DNA of 32,000 nt from Erysipelotrichaceae bacterium (GCA_963663995.1 OY760660.1:1710001-1742000); one strand, 5' to 3'. Counted from the stretch's first letter, positions 16,096 to 25,286 are shown. Notes: generated by a model not told the origin, from the sequence alone. Numbers and translations are program-made.

Positions 16096-16614
16096 ATGAG
16101 TCAAAAAGCTTTACTAGTCATTGATATGCAAAGAGGAATCTTTGAAGACACAGCTTATGTTCTTGAAAACCAAGATCAGTTGTTTGCAGTGGTAAATCAA
16201 GCAATCGAAAAAGCTCGTGAAAAAGACTTGCCAGTTCTTTTTGTTCAACACACTGAAAAACAAGGTTTAGTTGAATTTAGTAGTGATTGGCAATTAGATT
16301 TAAGATTGAATAGAGAACAAAATGATTTTGTTTTCTCTAAACATCATTCTGATGCTTTTTGGGATACTAAACTTAAATCTTACTGTGATAATCATGATAT
16401 TAATGAGCTTATTATCTGTGGTGTACAAACAGAATACTGTGTTGATACTACTGTAAGATCAGCACATCGTCTTGGCTTTAAAGTGAACCTAATTTCTGAT
16501 GGACATTCTAGCGTGAAGAATCAAGTTTTAACGGTTGATCAAATCATTAGACATCATAATGAAACATTAAGTGGATTTGCGGATGTTCAAGCTTTAAAAG
16601 ATCTTGAATTTTAA
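16096..16614 (+). CDS. Isochorismatase-family cysteine hydrolase
   Basis: ALLVIDMQ at the N-terminus and a catalytic Cys context (ICGVQTEYCV). It starts 3 nt after bioY. Confidence 0.8.
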   Translation: MSQKALLVIDMQRGIFEDTAYVLENQDQLFAVVNQAIEKAREKDLPVLFVQHTEKQGLVEFSSDWQLDLRLNREQNDFVFSKHHSDAFWDTKLKSYCDNHDINELIICGVQTEYCVDTTVRSAHRLGFKVNLISDGHSSVKNQVLTVDQIIRHHNETLSGFADVQALKDLEF

Positions 16615-16780
16615 TTATTGTGCACAAAACTGAAACAATTCACAAAAATTTCACAGTTCTTACATTGTGTTTTCATATTACTTAAGTATACTGTACACAT
16701 AACAAGGAAACCTGTATCAAATTTTGTGCAAATTTCATTGTTCCCCCTATTAAATAAAATTAATAATCCTTGTTAAAATG

Positions 16781-16812
16781 AAATCGTACTGGCAGCGTAC
16801 GATTTTTATTTT
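16781..16812 (+). terminator. Terminator-like hairpin immediately upstream of the DUF296 gene
   Basis: AAATCGTAC-TGGCAGC-GTACGATTT followed by TTTATTTTA. It ends 12 nt before the ATG at 16824. Confidence 0.6.
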
Positions 16813-16823
16813 ATACTTAGGGT

Positions 16824-17213
16824 ATGAGTAAAACTGTAGTCTTAAGATTAAAGCCAAGAGAAGACATAAAACAAGCTTTAAAGAGTTTAGATATTGATTC
16901 AGGATCTGTCGTAAGCGCGGTTGGTTCCGTTTCAAAAATGTGTTGTCGAATAGATGATGGTGTCACTGTCCTAGAACATCATGAACCAATGGAAATTATT
17001 AGTTTTAGTGGTACTTTAACAAAGAAAAATTTACATATTCATATTGCCGGTATTAATGGAAAAATGGAAATGTTTGGTGGACATCTAATGGATGGCTGTA
17101 TTGTGAATACGACTATGGAAATAGTTATTTTAGATTTCAGTGATGAATATCAAAACAATCGTGAATTTGATGAAGCGACGGGCTATGATGAACTTGTTGT
17201 GATAAAGCGTTGA
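16824..17213 (+). CDS. PPC/DUF296 domain protein
   Basis: 129 aa. The pattern EIISFSGTL...HIHIAG..G...GGHL..G.IV.TTMEIVI is typical of PPC (DUF296) domains. Confidence 0.75.
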   Translation: MSKTVVLRLKPREDIKQALKSLDIDSGSVVSAVGSVSKMCCRIDDGVTVLEHHEPMEIISFSGTLTKKNLHIHIAGINGKMEMFGGHLMDGCIVNTTMEIVILDFSDEYQNNREFDEATGYDELVVIKR

Positions 17214-17246
17214 CATCAATCTTTTCTTTTTATACGATTTAATCAC

Positions 17247-17322
17247 GCCGGCTTAGCTCAATTGGTAGAGCAACTGAATCGTAATCAGTAGGTTGCGGGT
17301 TCAAGTCCTGTAGCCGGCACCA
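17247..17322 (+). tRNA. tRNA-Thr (anticodon CGU)
   Basis: Acceptor GCCGGCT/AGCCGGC, anticodon stem ACTGA/TCAGT, loop ATCGTAA, encoded CCA. Confidence 0.9.
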
Positions 17323-17333
17323 TCTTTGTAAAT

Positions 17334-17352
17334 AAAGCCTTCGGGCTTTTTT
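17334..17352 (+). terminator. Terminator after tRNA-Thr
   Basis: AAAGCC-TTCG-GGCTTT plus a T-run. Confidence 0.8.
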
Positions 17353-17357
17353 ATGTG

Positions 17358-17771
17358 ATGTATAATTGTGTTATGGATGATGAAAATAACATACAAGAGT
17401 TTTCTGAAGACACATTACAAAAGAAGATTTTCAAGGTTGCGAAAAAAGCAGGCATAAAAGTTATCTATCTTGTTTTGATTTTGTTTTATACACTACAAAA
17501 GAAGACAACACCAGTAAAGGCAAAGTCAGCCATTATTGGAGGACTTGCTTACTTCATATTACCTTTTGATTTTGTCTCTGATTTAATCCCTGCGATTGGT
17601 TTTTCAGATGATTTAACCGCTTTGTTTTCAGTTTTAATAGCGGTTGCGATGTATGTGGATGCAGATGATAAGCGAAGAGCCAAAGAGCGTTTAAAGCTAT
17701 GGTTTGGAGAATATGATTCTAATATATTAAATGATATTGATAAAAAGATAAAAAATGAGAATGAAAACTAG
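17358..17771 (+). CDS. YkvA/DUF1232 family membrane protein
   Basis: The ILPFDFVSDLIPAIGFSDDL motif is characteristic of DUF1232. The exact start is uncertain (17355, 17358 or 17373). Confidence 0.7.
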   Translation: MYNCVMDDENNIQEFSEDTLQKKIFKVAKKAGIKVIYLVLILFYTLQKKTTPVKAKSAIIGGLAYFILPFDFVSDLIPAIGFSDDLTALFSVLIAVAMYVDADDKRRAKERLKLWFGEYDSNILNDIDKKIKNENEN

Positions 17772-17833
17772 AAAGCAGTAAGGCTTTTTCTTTTTTTAGC
17801 GTTACAATTGAAGCATTGATATCGGAGGATAAT

Positions 17834-18997
17834 ATGAATTTAAAAGAATTGTTGGAAAAACATTACCAAGAAGCGTCTGACTTAAGAGATAGTTTACATC
17901 TTGAGCCTGAATGTGCGTTTGAAGAAGTAAAAACTTCTGCGAAAGTTAGAGCTTTTTTAGATAAGCATGGTATTGAATATAAATATCCAATCGCTAAAAC
18001 GGGAATTCTTGCTGAAATTAAAGGTAAATTTCCTGGGAAAACAATATTGTTAAGAGCTGATATGGATGCCTTACCAATGCAAGAAAACAAAGAGCATTAT
18101 AACGCTTCTGAAATAGATGGGAAAATGCATGCTTGTGGTCATGATGGACATACTGCAGGATTGTGTTTAAGTGCAGCTGTTATCAATGAATTAAAAGACG
18201 AATTACAGGGAACAGTTAAATTTATGTTTCAACCTGCTGAAGAAGCCATTGGTGGGGCAAAACCAATGATTGAAGAAGGCATTTTAGAAGGTGTAGATAT
18301 GGCTTTTGGTGCACATCTACAAGGAATGATGGTTGAAGGTCATGTAGGCTTAAAATCTGGACCAATGATGGCTTCACCAGATACCTTTAAGATTGTTGTG
18401 AAAGGCAAAGGTGGTCATGGTTCAAAACCAGATATTGCGATTGATCCTGTTGTGGCGGCCGCCAATATAATTATGTCTCTACAAACCATCGTTTCTCGTT
18501 TAAATGATGCCTTAGAACCGCTTGTTATTTCAGTTGGAAGCATCCATGGTGGAAGTGCACCCAATATAATTCCTGATCAAGTTGAAATGATTGGAACAAT
18601 AAGAACTTTAAATAATGATTTACGTGCTAAAGTGCCTGATGATATTAGATCCGTTGCCCAACATGCGGCAGCTATCTTGGGGGCAAGTGCTGAAGTAACA
18701 TTTGAAATGGCATATCCTGTTTGTGTGAATGATGCTGAAGCAACAGCGATTGCGAAAAAAGCATGTTTAAAATTTTTACCAGCTGATCATGTCATTGATA
18801 TTAAAAAGCCAAGTATGGGTGGAGAGGACTTTGCCTACGTGGCTCAAAATGTTCCTGCAAGTTTCATTTATGTAGGTATAGCAAAAGATGAGGATCATTT
18901 AATTAGTCATCATCATTGTGACTTTACCTTTGATAATAAGAACTTAAAGGTAATTTCTGAGGTACTTATTCAAGCAAGTTTAGAAGCATTGAAATAG
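17834..18997 (+). CDS. M20-family amidohydrolase (N-acyl-L-amino acid amidohydrolase / hippurate hydrolase type)
   Basis: MHACGHDGH metal-binding motif and FQPAEE. A GGAGGA Shine-Dalgarno sequence precedes the ATG at 17834. Confidence 0.85.
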   Translation: MNLKELLEKHYQEASDLRDSLHLEPECAFEEVKTSAKVRAFLDKHGIEYKYPIAKTGILAEIKGKFPGKTILLRADMDALPMQENKEHYNASEIDGKMHACGHDGHTAGLCLSAAVINELKDELQGTVKFMFQPAEEAIGGAKPMIEEGILEGVDMAFGAHLQGMMVEGHVGLKSGPMMASPDTFKIVVKGKGGHGSKPDIAIDPVVAAANIIMSLQTIVSRLNDALEPLVISVGSIHGGSAPNIIPDQVEMIGTIRTLNNDLRAKVPDDIRSVAQHAAAILGASAEVTFEMAYPVCVNDAEATAIAKKACLKFLPADHVIDIKKPSMGGEDFAYVAQNVPASFIYVGIAKDEDHLISHHHCDFTFDNKNLKVISEVLIQASLEALK

Positions 18998-19002
18998 TCG
19001 TA

Positions 19003-19031
19003 AAAAAATCATACTCTTGGGTATGATTTTT
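19003..19031. terminator. Bidirectional terminator between convergent genes
   Basis: AAAAATCATAC-TCTTGG-GTATGATTTTT. Confidence 0.8.
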
Positions 19032-19038
19032 CGTTTAA

Positions 19039-19785
19039 TTAGGGATTCACTATATTTTCTTCAAAACCTTCAAACCAATCTACTTCGGAAAACTCGTAAG
19101 TACGATTATATTCATCACCGACAAAGTATGTGGATGCATCATAAACTTCCCACACTCCATTAATCATGACTTCTGCACGATAGTGAGCACTCGTTTCTTT
19201 AGCGATTGATCGAATCAATTCATAGTCATAATTATAGCCTTTACGATTCAACATCATTTCAAGTCTAGAATATTCATCTGGTCCTAAACCCGTTGTTGTT
19301 TTAGGATCAATTGAAGAATCAAGCTCACTTGGCTTTTCTGCCATTTGAGTGACTCGACAATCTAAACCATATGCTTCAGCAATGGAACAATAGATCGTTG
19401 CAAAGTTAAAACATAAGCCTTCGATTTTTCCTTCAGAGTTGGTCACATCTAACATTTCAATCGTTGTCTAAATAACTGGTAATATATAGTTCCAACGCAT
19501 CGCGTCAAATATTGGTCCAAAGGCAACATAAGTCATGTTCTCGGTTTGCCAATCATAAATACCTTGAGCAATTTCAGCATCTGTTCCACTAAGATTGATG
19601 TTTAATTTATCAAGTATGCTTTGATCAAACTCCACGACTGGACTACTTGGTAAGAATTCAATCGTATTGATAGGTTCTTCAGTTTCGTCCTCTTCATCCA
19701 TTTCACTAGCGTATTCGTTATCATCTGCTGGTGAACAAGCAGTTAATAGAAGCAATGCAATGATTAAAATAAATAGTTTTTTCAT
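19039..19785 (-). pseudogene. Transglutaminase-like (Cys-protease fold) lipoprotein interrupted by one in-frame TAG
   Basis: Listed ORFs 19468-19785 and 19039-19455 are in the same frame. They are separated only by a TAG (19468-19470) and four sense codons (PVI*TTIEMLDV). The N-terminal part has a lipobox (LLLTAC). The C-terminal part has a transglutaminase-core-like GLCFNFATIYCSIAEAYGL. Confidence 0.7.
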
Positions 19786-19891
19786 AAGATATGCCTCCTA
19801 TTTTTATGGTATGACTATGACACAAATGATGCAATGGTTAAAAGGTTGAATCCATATTGAATGTTTTTTTGATTTGAGTCACAATTATAGT

Positions 19892-20350
19892 ATGAAAAAC
19901 TATAAAATTTCTGAATCACATGTTAGAGATGATCATTTCAGAACATTATTAAAAGACAAAATAAAAAGTTTAAACAATACGATTTCTTATTATCATCGAA
20001 TTTCGCGTGAAGAAGATTATGTTCAATACTATCAAGTTCAAATTGAAGATAATGGTTTTGTGGCAGGACTAAGCGCTCGATTATATTGGGATTGTATGGA
20101 AGTTGATGATTTTTTTATTGAACAAGAATTTAGATTTCAAGGTTTAGGATCATATCTTCTTGAAATGGCCATAGAAGAGGCGATTAAACAGAATAAATCA
20201 TTTGTATTTCTTTCGACATTTTCATTTCAAGCCCGTAATTTTTATGAAAAATTTGGGTTTTATGTGATTGGTGAAATCAAGGATTATCCACCAGGAGAGT
20301 CACTGTATACACTTCGCTTAGATATAAAGAAAAATGAGACTCTGTTGTGA
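19892..20350 (+). CDS. GNAT-family N-acetyltransferase
   Basis: Acetyl-CoA binding motif region QEFRFQGLGSYLLE followed by FYEKFGF. The start is ambiguous (TTG 19874 or ATG 19892). Confidence 0.75.
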   Translation: MKNYKISESHVRDDHFRTLLKDKIKSLNNTISYYHRISREEDYVQYYQVQIEDNGFVAGLSARLYWDCMEVDDFFIEQEFRFQGLGSYLLEMAIEEAIKQNKSFVFLSTFSFQARNFYEKFGFYVIGEIKDYPPGESLYTLRLDIKKNETLL

Positions 20351-20365
20351 ATCTCATTTCTTTAA

Positions 20366-22192
20366 TTATTCTACCGTAACTGATTTTGCTAAGTTACGTG
20401 GTTTATCAACATCTAGTCCTCTTAATACACTTGAATAGTAAGCGAAGAGTTGTAAGGGAATGATAGATAGAAGTGGTACTAAATCAATATGACTATTAGG
20501 CAAGACATAAGTTGTATCACTGAAATCATCCAAATATTCGATACCTGGTGTTGCAATTGTGATTACTTTTGCACCACGTGCTTTTACTTCTTTAATATTA
20601 GATACCATTTTTTCTGCAGTATCATGTTGTGTGATTAAAGCGATAACTGGGAAATTTTCTTCAATTAAAGAAATGGTCCCATGTTTTAATTCACCAGCAG
20701 GGTAGGCTTCTGAGTGAATGTATGAAATTTCCTTTAGTTTTAAGGAAGCTTCTAAAGCCATTGCATAATCCATGCCTCGTCCTAAGAAGAAGATGTTTCG
20801 AATGTTTTGTAGTTCTGAAGCTAATTGTTTGATGGATTCTTGTTCGTCTAATAGTTTTTGAGCTAACTTTGGTACGGACAATAATGAATCAACTAATTTT
20901 TCGATATCACTAGCGTTCAAACGACCCTTTAATTGACCTAATTTATTAGCTAAGAGAATAAACAAAGCAACTTGTACAAAATAGGCTTTAGTTGAAGCAA
21001 CTGATATTTCAAGACCAGCCCATGTATAGAGAACATGGTCAGCTTCTCGAGCAATTGATGAGCCAACAACATTTACAATCGCTATGGTTTTAACACCATT
21101 CTTTTTAGCTAGTCTCATCGCTGCTAAAGTATCAGCTGTTTCACCCGATTGTGAAATAACAATGACGATATCCTTTTTGTTTAAAATTGGGTCTTTGTAT
21201 CTAAATTCTGATGCGACATCAACTTCACATTGAATACGTGCATACTTTTCAATCAATTGTTTACCAATCATGGCTGCATGCATGGCAGTTCCACATGCCA
21301 CTAAATGAATATGTTCAATATCATTTAAGATTTCATCTGTTAAACCAGCTTCTGTAAAATCAATCATCTTATCTTTGATTCTAGGATTGATTGCACTTAA
21401 GAGGACTTTAGGTTGTTCAGAAATCTCTTTCAACATAAAGTGTGGATAGCCTTCTTTTTCAGCTGTTTGGCGATCCCATGATGCGTGTTGAACATCTTTT
21501 TTAATTTCTTCAAAATCAAGGTTTACGATTTTAATAGAATCTTGTTTAATAACAGCTATTTCATCTTCTTCAAGAAGATAGTAATTACGTGTACGATCTA
21601 AGATCGCAGTAATATCAGATGCGACGAAGTTCTCATCTTCTCCAATCCCAACAATAAGAGGTGAATCCTTACGAATCGCATAAATTGTATCTTCGTAACC
21701 TTTGAAGATGATTGCAGTCGCAAATGAACCTCTGATTTTTTCTAAGACTTTACGAATCGCTTCAAGCGGATCACCTTTTTGAACAAAATAGTAATCAACT
21801 AATTTTGCGAGAGCTTCTGTATCTGTCTCAGTTTCAAAAGTATAACCTTTACGAATCATTCTTTCTTTAATTTGTAGATAGTTCTCAATAATTCCATTAT
21901 GGACAATAGATATACGATGATTTCCATGAGGATGTGAATTGATATCACTTGGTTCACCATGAGTCGCCCATCTTGTATGACCAATCCCTACTTGGCAATG
22001 ATCTAGTTTATAGTTCTTTAATTTCTTTTCAATATTATCAATACGACCAACTGTCTTAACGGTTGAAATTTCGCCATTATCAAAAACGGATATTCCAACT
22101 GAGTCATAGCCACGGTATTCAAGTTGTCTTAATCCCGCAACTAAAAGGTCAGGCGCATTCTTGTCTGTAATTACACCAACAATTCCGCACAT
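20366..22192 (-). CDS. glmS: Glutamine--fructose-6-phosphate aminotransferase
   Basis: 608 aa with the N-terminal MCGIVG nucleophile, two SIS domains and the C-terminal KSVTVE. Confidence 0.97.
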   Translation of the reverse strand: MCGIVGVITDKNAPDLLVAGLRQLEYRGYDSVGISVFDNGEISTVKTVGRIDNIEKKLKNYKLDHCQVGIGHTRWATHGEPSDINSHPHGNHRISIVHNGIIENYLQIKERMIRKGYTFETETDTEALAKLVDYYFVQKGDPLEAIRKVLEKIRGSFATAIIFKGYEDTIYAIRKDSPLIVGIGEDENFVASDITAILDRTRNYYLLEEDEIAVIKQDSIKIVNLDFEEIKKDVQHASWDRQTAEKEGYPHFMLKEISEQPKVLLSAINPRIKDKMIDFTEAGLTDEILNDIEHIHLVACGTAMHAAMIGKQLIEKYARIQCEVDVASEFRYKDPILNKKDIVIVISQSGETADTLAAMRLAKKNGVKTIAIVNVVGSSIAREADHVLYTWAGLEISVASTKAYFVQVALFILLANKLGQLKGRLNASDIEKLVDSLLSVPKLAQKLLDEQESIKQLASELQNIRNIFFLGRGMDYAMALEASLKLKEISYIHSEAYPAGELKHGTISLIEENFPVIALITQHDTAEKMVSNIKEVKARGAKVITIATPGIEYLDDFSDTTYVLPNSHIDLVPLLSIIPLQLFAYYSSVLRGLDVDKPRNLAKSVTVE

Positions 22193-22211
22193 TATTATTT
22201 ATGATCCTTTC

Positions 22212-22346
22212 AAATGTTGTGTTCAGTTTGGGTTCTGTTTCTTTGTCCCATTCCTAACGATGTCACACTCACCGATGAGGCATCCGCCGAAAACTTCGAT
22301 ACTCCTCATTCCTCGTCACTTATCTCACTATAAGTCGGGCGCTATA
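22212..22346 (-). ncRNA. glmS ribozyme: glmS ribozyme/riboswitch in the glmS 5' UTR
   Basis: The minus strand reads AGCGCCCGACTTATAGTGAGATAAGTGACGAGGAATGAGGAGTATCGAAGTTTTCGGCGGATGCCTCATCGG.... This matches the conserved core (cleavage-site AGCGCC, GACGAGG, TTCGGCGGATGCCTC). The 3' boundary is approximate. Confidence 0.9.
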
Positions 22347-22405
22347 ACTATAATTCTTTATGATCTTTTGTTTGTTTTTTACTGATTTCCCCCTTTCTAA
22401 TGAAC

Positions 22406-22436
22406 CTATAATACCATAGGGAAAGGGCAAGTCAAA
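22406..22436 (-). promoter_or_regulatory. Probable glmS promoter
   Basis: The minus strand has TTGACT, a 16-nt spacer and TGGTATTAT (extended -10), about 60 nt upstream of the ribozyme. Confidence 0.55.
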
Positions 22437-22480
22437 TAGTCTATACAAGCATTAACCTATCGTGTATAATAGTCTAGCAT

Positions 22481-22557
22481 CGGGACGTAGCACAGCTTGG
22501 TAGTGCACTACCTTGGGGTGGTAGGGGTCGCGCGTTCAAATCGCGTCGTTCCGACCA
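22481..22557 (+). tRNA. tRNA-Pro (anticodon GGG)
   Basis: Acceptor CGGGACG/CGTTCCG, anticodon stem CTACC/GGTAG, loop TTGGGGT, encoded CCA. TGTATAAT lies about 11 nt upstream. Confidence 0.9.
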
Positions 22558-22561
22558 TTAC

Positions 22562-22638
22562 GCGGCTGTAGCTCAGCTGGATAGAGCGAGCGCCTCCTAA
22601 GCGCTAGGTCACAGGTTCAACTCCTGCCAGTCGCACCA
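22562..22638 (+). tRNA. tRNA-Arg (anticodon CCU)
   Basis: Acceptor GCGGCTG/CAGTCGC, anticodon stem AGCGC/GCGCT, loop CTCCTAA, encoded CCA. Confidence 0.9.
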
Positions 22639-22671
22639 GCTCATAATTGAGTGATGTTATATAGATAAAAT

Positions 22672-22754
22672 GCACCAGTGGCGGAATTGGTATACGCGCA
22701 CGTTTGAGGGGCGTGTGGGCAACCGTACGGGTTCAAGTCCCGTCTGGTGCACCA
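22672..22754 (+). tRNA. tRNA-Leu (anticodon GAG), class II with long variable arm
   Basis: Anticodon stem CACGT/GCGTG, loop TTGAGGG, long variable arm, encoded CCA. Confidence 0.85.
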
Positions 22755-22765
22755 TTAAAAACTAG

Positions 22766-22790
22766 AAAGATACGTTTCGTATCTTTTTTT
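22766..22790 (+). terminator. Terminator of the tRNA Pro-Arg-Leu cluster
   Basis: AAAGATACG-TTT-CGTATCTTT plus a T-run. Confidence 0.85.
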
Positions 22791-22893
22791 AATACTTGTG
22801 TTTAAATTTATAAAGTTCACTTGAATCTTATGTGAAACTTAAGTATTTGTATTCATCATAAGACCTAAAATATGCTATTCTAATGAAAATAAA

Positions 22894-22918
22894 ACACAAA
22901 TTGTTTCAGGATTTGTGT
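22894..22918. promoter_or_regulatory. Perfect inverted repeat ACACAAAT-N9-ATTTGTGT upstream of the ATP-grasp operon
   Basis: Read directly. It lies 26 nt upstream of the ATG at 22944. It could be an operator or an RNA hairpin. Confidence 0.5.
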
Positions 22919-22943
22919 AAATGTTTTCATAAGGTGGTGGACT

Positions 22944-24104
22944 ATGAACTATGTATTTATTTCTGTGAGCTTTCCGGATAATTTTAAGTATTTTGTTAAT
23001 CGATTAAACTCGTATGGTATTAACGTATTTGGAATTGCTTCCGATAACTTTGATGCGCTTGATCCTGACTTGCGAGAACATTTAAGTGATTATTACCGTG
23101 TGAATGATTTAGAAAATTATGAAGAAGTTTATCGTGCAGTTGCATATCTTGCTTATCGCTTTGGGAAGATTGACTATATTGAATCACACAATGAACATTG
23201 GATGGAATTGGACGCTAAACTAAGAACTGATTTCAATGTTGATGGAATAAAAAATAATTCGATTATGAGAATCAAAAAGAAATCAGAAATGAAAAAGATT
23301 TTTGAGTCTTTAAATTTAGCTCATGATGAAGGCGCAACTTTTAACACTTTAAATGAAGCGAAGAAATTAGCTAAGAAATATAAATATCCTGTATGTGTTA
23401 AACCAGATATTGGGGTTGGCGCAGCTTATACCTATCGAATCAATTCAAACGAAGATTTAGAATCATTCTATGCTTCAAAACCAGATAAAACTTTCATTAT
23501 GGAACCCTATAATGAAGGATCAATTATGACTTATGATGGGCTTTTAGATAAAGAAGGTAAGATTGTTTTTGATAATTCACTTGTTTACTCACAACCCGTC
23601 ATAGATATTGTGAATAGTAATTTAGATATGTTTTACTATACAGAATTGAAAGTAAATAAAGAACTAAAAGAAATGGGGAAAAAGATTTGTGATGCGTATC
23701 AACTTCATTCTCGTTTCTTCCATTTTGAATTTTTTAAGAGCAGTGATGGAAAACTATCACTCTTAGAAGTGAATATGCGTCCACCTGGTGGGAAAACAAT
23801 GGATATGTTCAACTTTGCGAATGACTTTGATTTCTATGATGCCTATGCCAGAATAGTAGCTAATCAAGAACTTTCGATTCCTCAAAAGAAACTTTACAGT
23901 GTTTGTCATGTTGGGTTAAAAACAGAAAATGATGATAAACGTTTATTAAAATATGATCAAATTAAAGAACAGTATGGTGATTTAATTGTCTATGAGGGTT
24001 CAATGGCTGATATTTTATCGCCAGCACTTGGAAATTACTGCTTCTTTTTGAGAAGTAAAAAGGTGTCTGAGCTTAAGAAGGCAGCTCATACGATTATAAG
24101 ATAA
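22944..24104 (+). CDS. ATP-grasp domain protein (carboxylate-amine ligase type), paralog 1
   Basis: 386 aa with AAGGTGGTGG before the ATG. ATP-grasp-like blocks YPVCVKPDIGVGA, IMEPY and LLEVNMRPPGG. Collinear with the next gene along its full length. Confidence 0.75.
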   Translation: MNYVFISVSFPDNFKYFVNRLNSYGINVFGIASDNFDALDPDLREHLSDYYRVNDLENYEEVYRAVAYLAYRFGKIDYIESHNEHWMELDAKLRTDFNVDGIKNNSIMRIKKKSEMKKIFESLNLAHDEGATFNTLNEAKKLAKKYKYPVCVKPDIGVGAAYTYRINSNEDLESFYASKPDKTFIMEPYNEGSIMTYDGLLDKEGKIVFDNSLVYSQPVIDIVNSNLDMFYYTELKVNKELKEMGKKICDAYQLHSRFFHFEFFKSSDGKLSLLEVNMRPPGGKTMDMFNFANDFDFYDAYARIVANQELSIPQKKLYSVCHVGLKTENDDKRLLKYDQIKEQYGDLIVYEGSMADILSPALGNYCFFLRSKKVSELKKAAHTIIR

Positions 24105-24116
24105 GAGGATACGTTT

Positions 24117-25286
24117 ATGAATGTTATTGTGATATCACCCCACTTTCCAGATAACTTTAGATTGTTTTCATTAGCATTATCTAAAGAAGGTATTCGTGTG
24201 TTTGGGATAGATAATCAACAATACAGTGACCTATCTCATGATTTAAAATCATCATTAACTGAGTATTATCAAGTTTCAGATTTAGAAAATTATGAAGATG
24301 TTTTAAAAGCGGTTGCTTACTTTACCCATAAGTATGGAAAAATTGATCGCATTGAGTCTCATAATGAACATTGGTTGATGTTGGATGCGAAGTTAAGAGA
24401 AGATTTTAACGTCTTTGGTTTTAAACCAAAAGATTTAAAAGCGATACAATCAAAATTAAAAATGAAAGAAGTCTTTAATGAAAATGGCATTAAAACTGCA
24501 CGTGGTATTTTAATTGAGAACTTTGAACAAACCTCTAGATTTATTAAAGAAGTTAACTATCCAGTTGTCGCTAAACCTGATACTGGTGTTGGCGCAAGTG
24601 GTACTTATAAAATTCATAATGAGGAAGAACTAAAGAATTTCTTTAAAAAGGGAATCCATACTGCTTATGTCATGGAAGAATATATCAAAGGTGAAATCCA
24701 TACTTTTGATGGTTTAGTTGATCGTAATGGGCATATCGTTTATGCCAATTCTTTTATTTTTCCTGTTGGTGTGATGGAAACAGTAAATGCTGATTTAGAT
24801 ATGATTTACTATACTCAAGCTAGTATTCCAGAGGACATAAAAGAAGCTGGATATAAAATAGTTGAAGCTTTTAATCTTAAAGAACGATTCTTTCATATTG
24901 AATTCTTTAGAACTGAAAATCAAAATTTATATGCATTAGAAATCAACGTACGTCCACCTGGTGGTTATTCTGTCGATATTTTTAACTTTGCGAATGATAC
25001 TAATTATTATGCAGAATATGCCAAACTTGTGGCTGGTCAAAAAATAGTCGAACGGATTGGGAATAAATATGTTTGTTTATATATTGGACAAAAAGCACAT
25101 TTTGAAAATGAATATAAATTAAGCAAAGAAGAAGTAAGACAAAAATATTTACCACATATTGTTTTCTATGGTGAAATAGCATCAATTTTTGCGAAAGCGA
25201 TTGGTAATTATGCTTACATTTTAAAAGGTCAAGATTTAGATGAATTAAAAAATATTGCGAAAGCCATATTGGAAAAGAGATCATAA
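24117..25286 (+). CDS. ATP-grasp domain protein, paralog 2
   Basis: 389 aa sharing blocks with paralog 1: FPDNF, YY.V.DLENYE.V..AVAY, GKID.IESHNEHW, LDAKLR.DFNV, YPV..KPD.GVGA, RFFH.EFF, E.N.RPPGG, D.FNFAND, GNY. Confidence 0.75.
   Translation: MNVIVISPHFPDNFRLFSLALSKEGIRVFGIDNQQYSDLSHDLKSSLTEYYQVSDLENYEDVLKAVAYFTHKYGKIDRIESHNEHWLMLDAKLREDFNVFGFKPKDLKAIQSKLKMKEVFNENGIKTARGILIENFEQTSRFIKEVNYPVVAKPDTGVGASGTYKIHNEEELKNFFKKGIHTAYVMEEYIKGEIHTFDGLVDRNGHIVYANSFIFPVGVMETVNADLDMIYYTQASIPEDIKEAGYKIVEAFNLKERFFHIEFFRTENQNLYALEINVRPPGGYSVDIFNFANDTNYYAEYAKLVAGQKIVERIGNKYVCLYIGQKAHFENEYKLSKEEVRQKYLPHIVFYGEIASIFAKAIGNYAYILKGQDLDELKNIAKAILEKRS

Noticed and set aside
16700-16780. C-rich and A-rich stretch (TTCCCCCTATTAAATAAAATTA) considered as a preQ1-type riboswitch
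   Set aside because: No matching P1 hairpin could be folded, and the downstream gene (DUF296) is not a queuosine-related gene. The resemblance is limited to a few nucleotides.
19468-19470. In-frame TAG as evidence for stop-codon reassignment or pyrrolysine-type recoding
   Set aside because: TAG ends several well-conserved genes at their expected lengths in this window, including the M20 amidohydrolase, the PatB-like gene and IS OrfA. No pyl genes or recoding signals were seen. A nonsense mutation or sequencing error is simpler.
22161-22385. 74-aa ORF on the plus strand
   Set aside because: It lies antisense over the glmS ribozyme and the glmS 5' end. It has no Shine-Dalgarno sequence, and the region is fully explained by the conserved ribozyme sequence on the minus strand.
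22883-22981. 32-codon Cys-rich ORF (MKIKHKLFQDLCKCFHKVVDYELCIYFCELSG) upstream of and overlapping the first ATP-grasp gene, considered as a graspetide-type precursor peptide
   Set aside because: It has no Shine-Dalgarno sequence and overlaps the ATP-grasp start in another frame. It lacks the Thr/Ser-Asp/Glu-Lys core motifs of omega-ester peptides. The ATP-grasp proteins carry a pre-ATP-grasp domain typical of small-molecule ligases.
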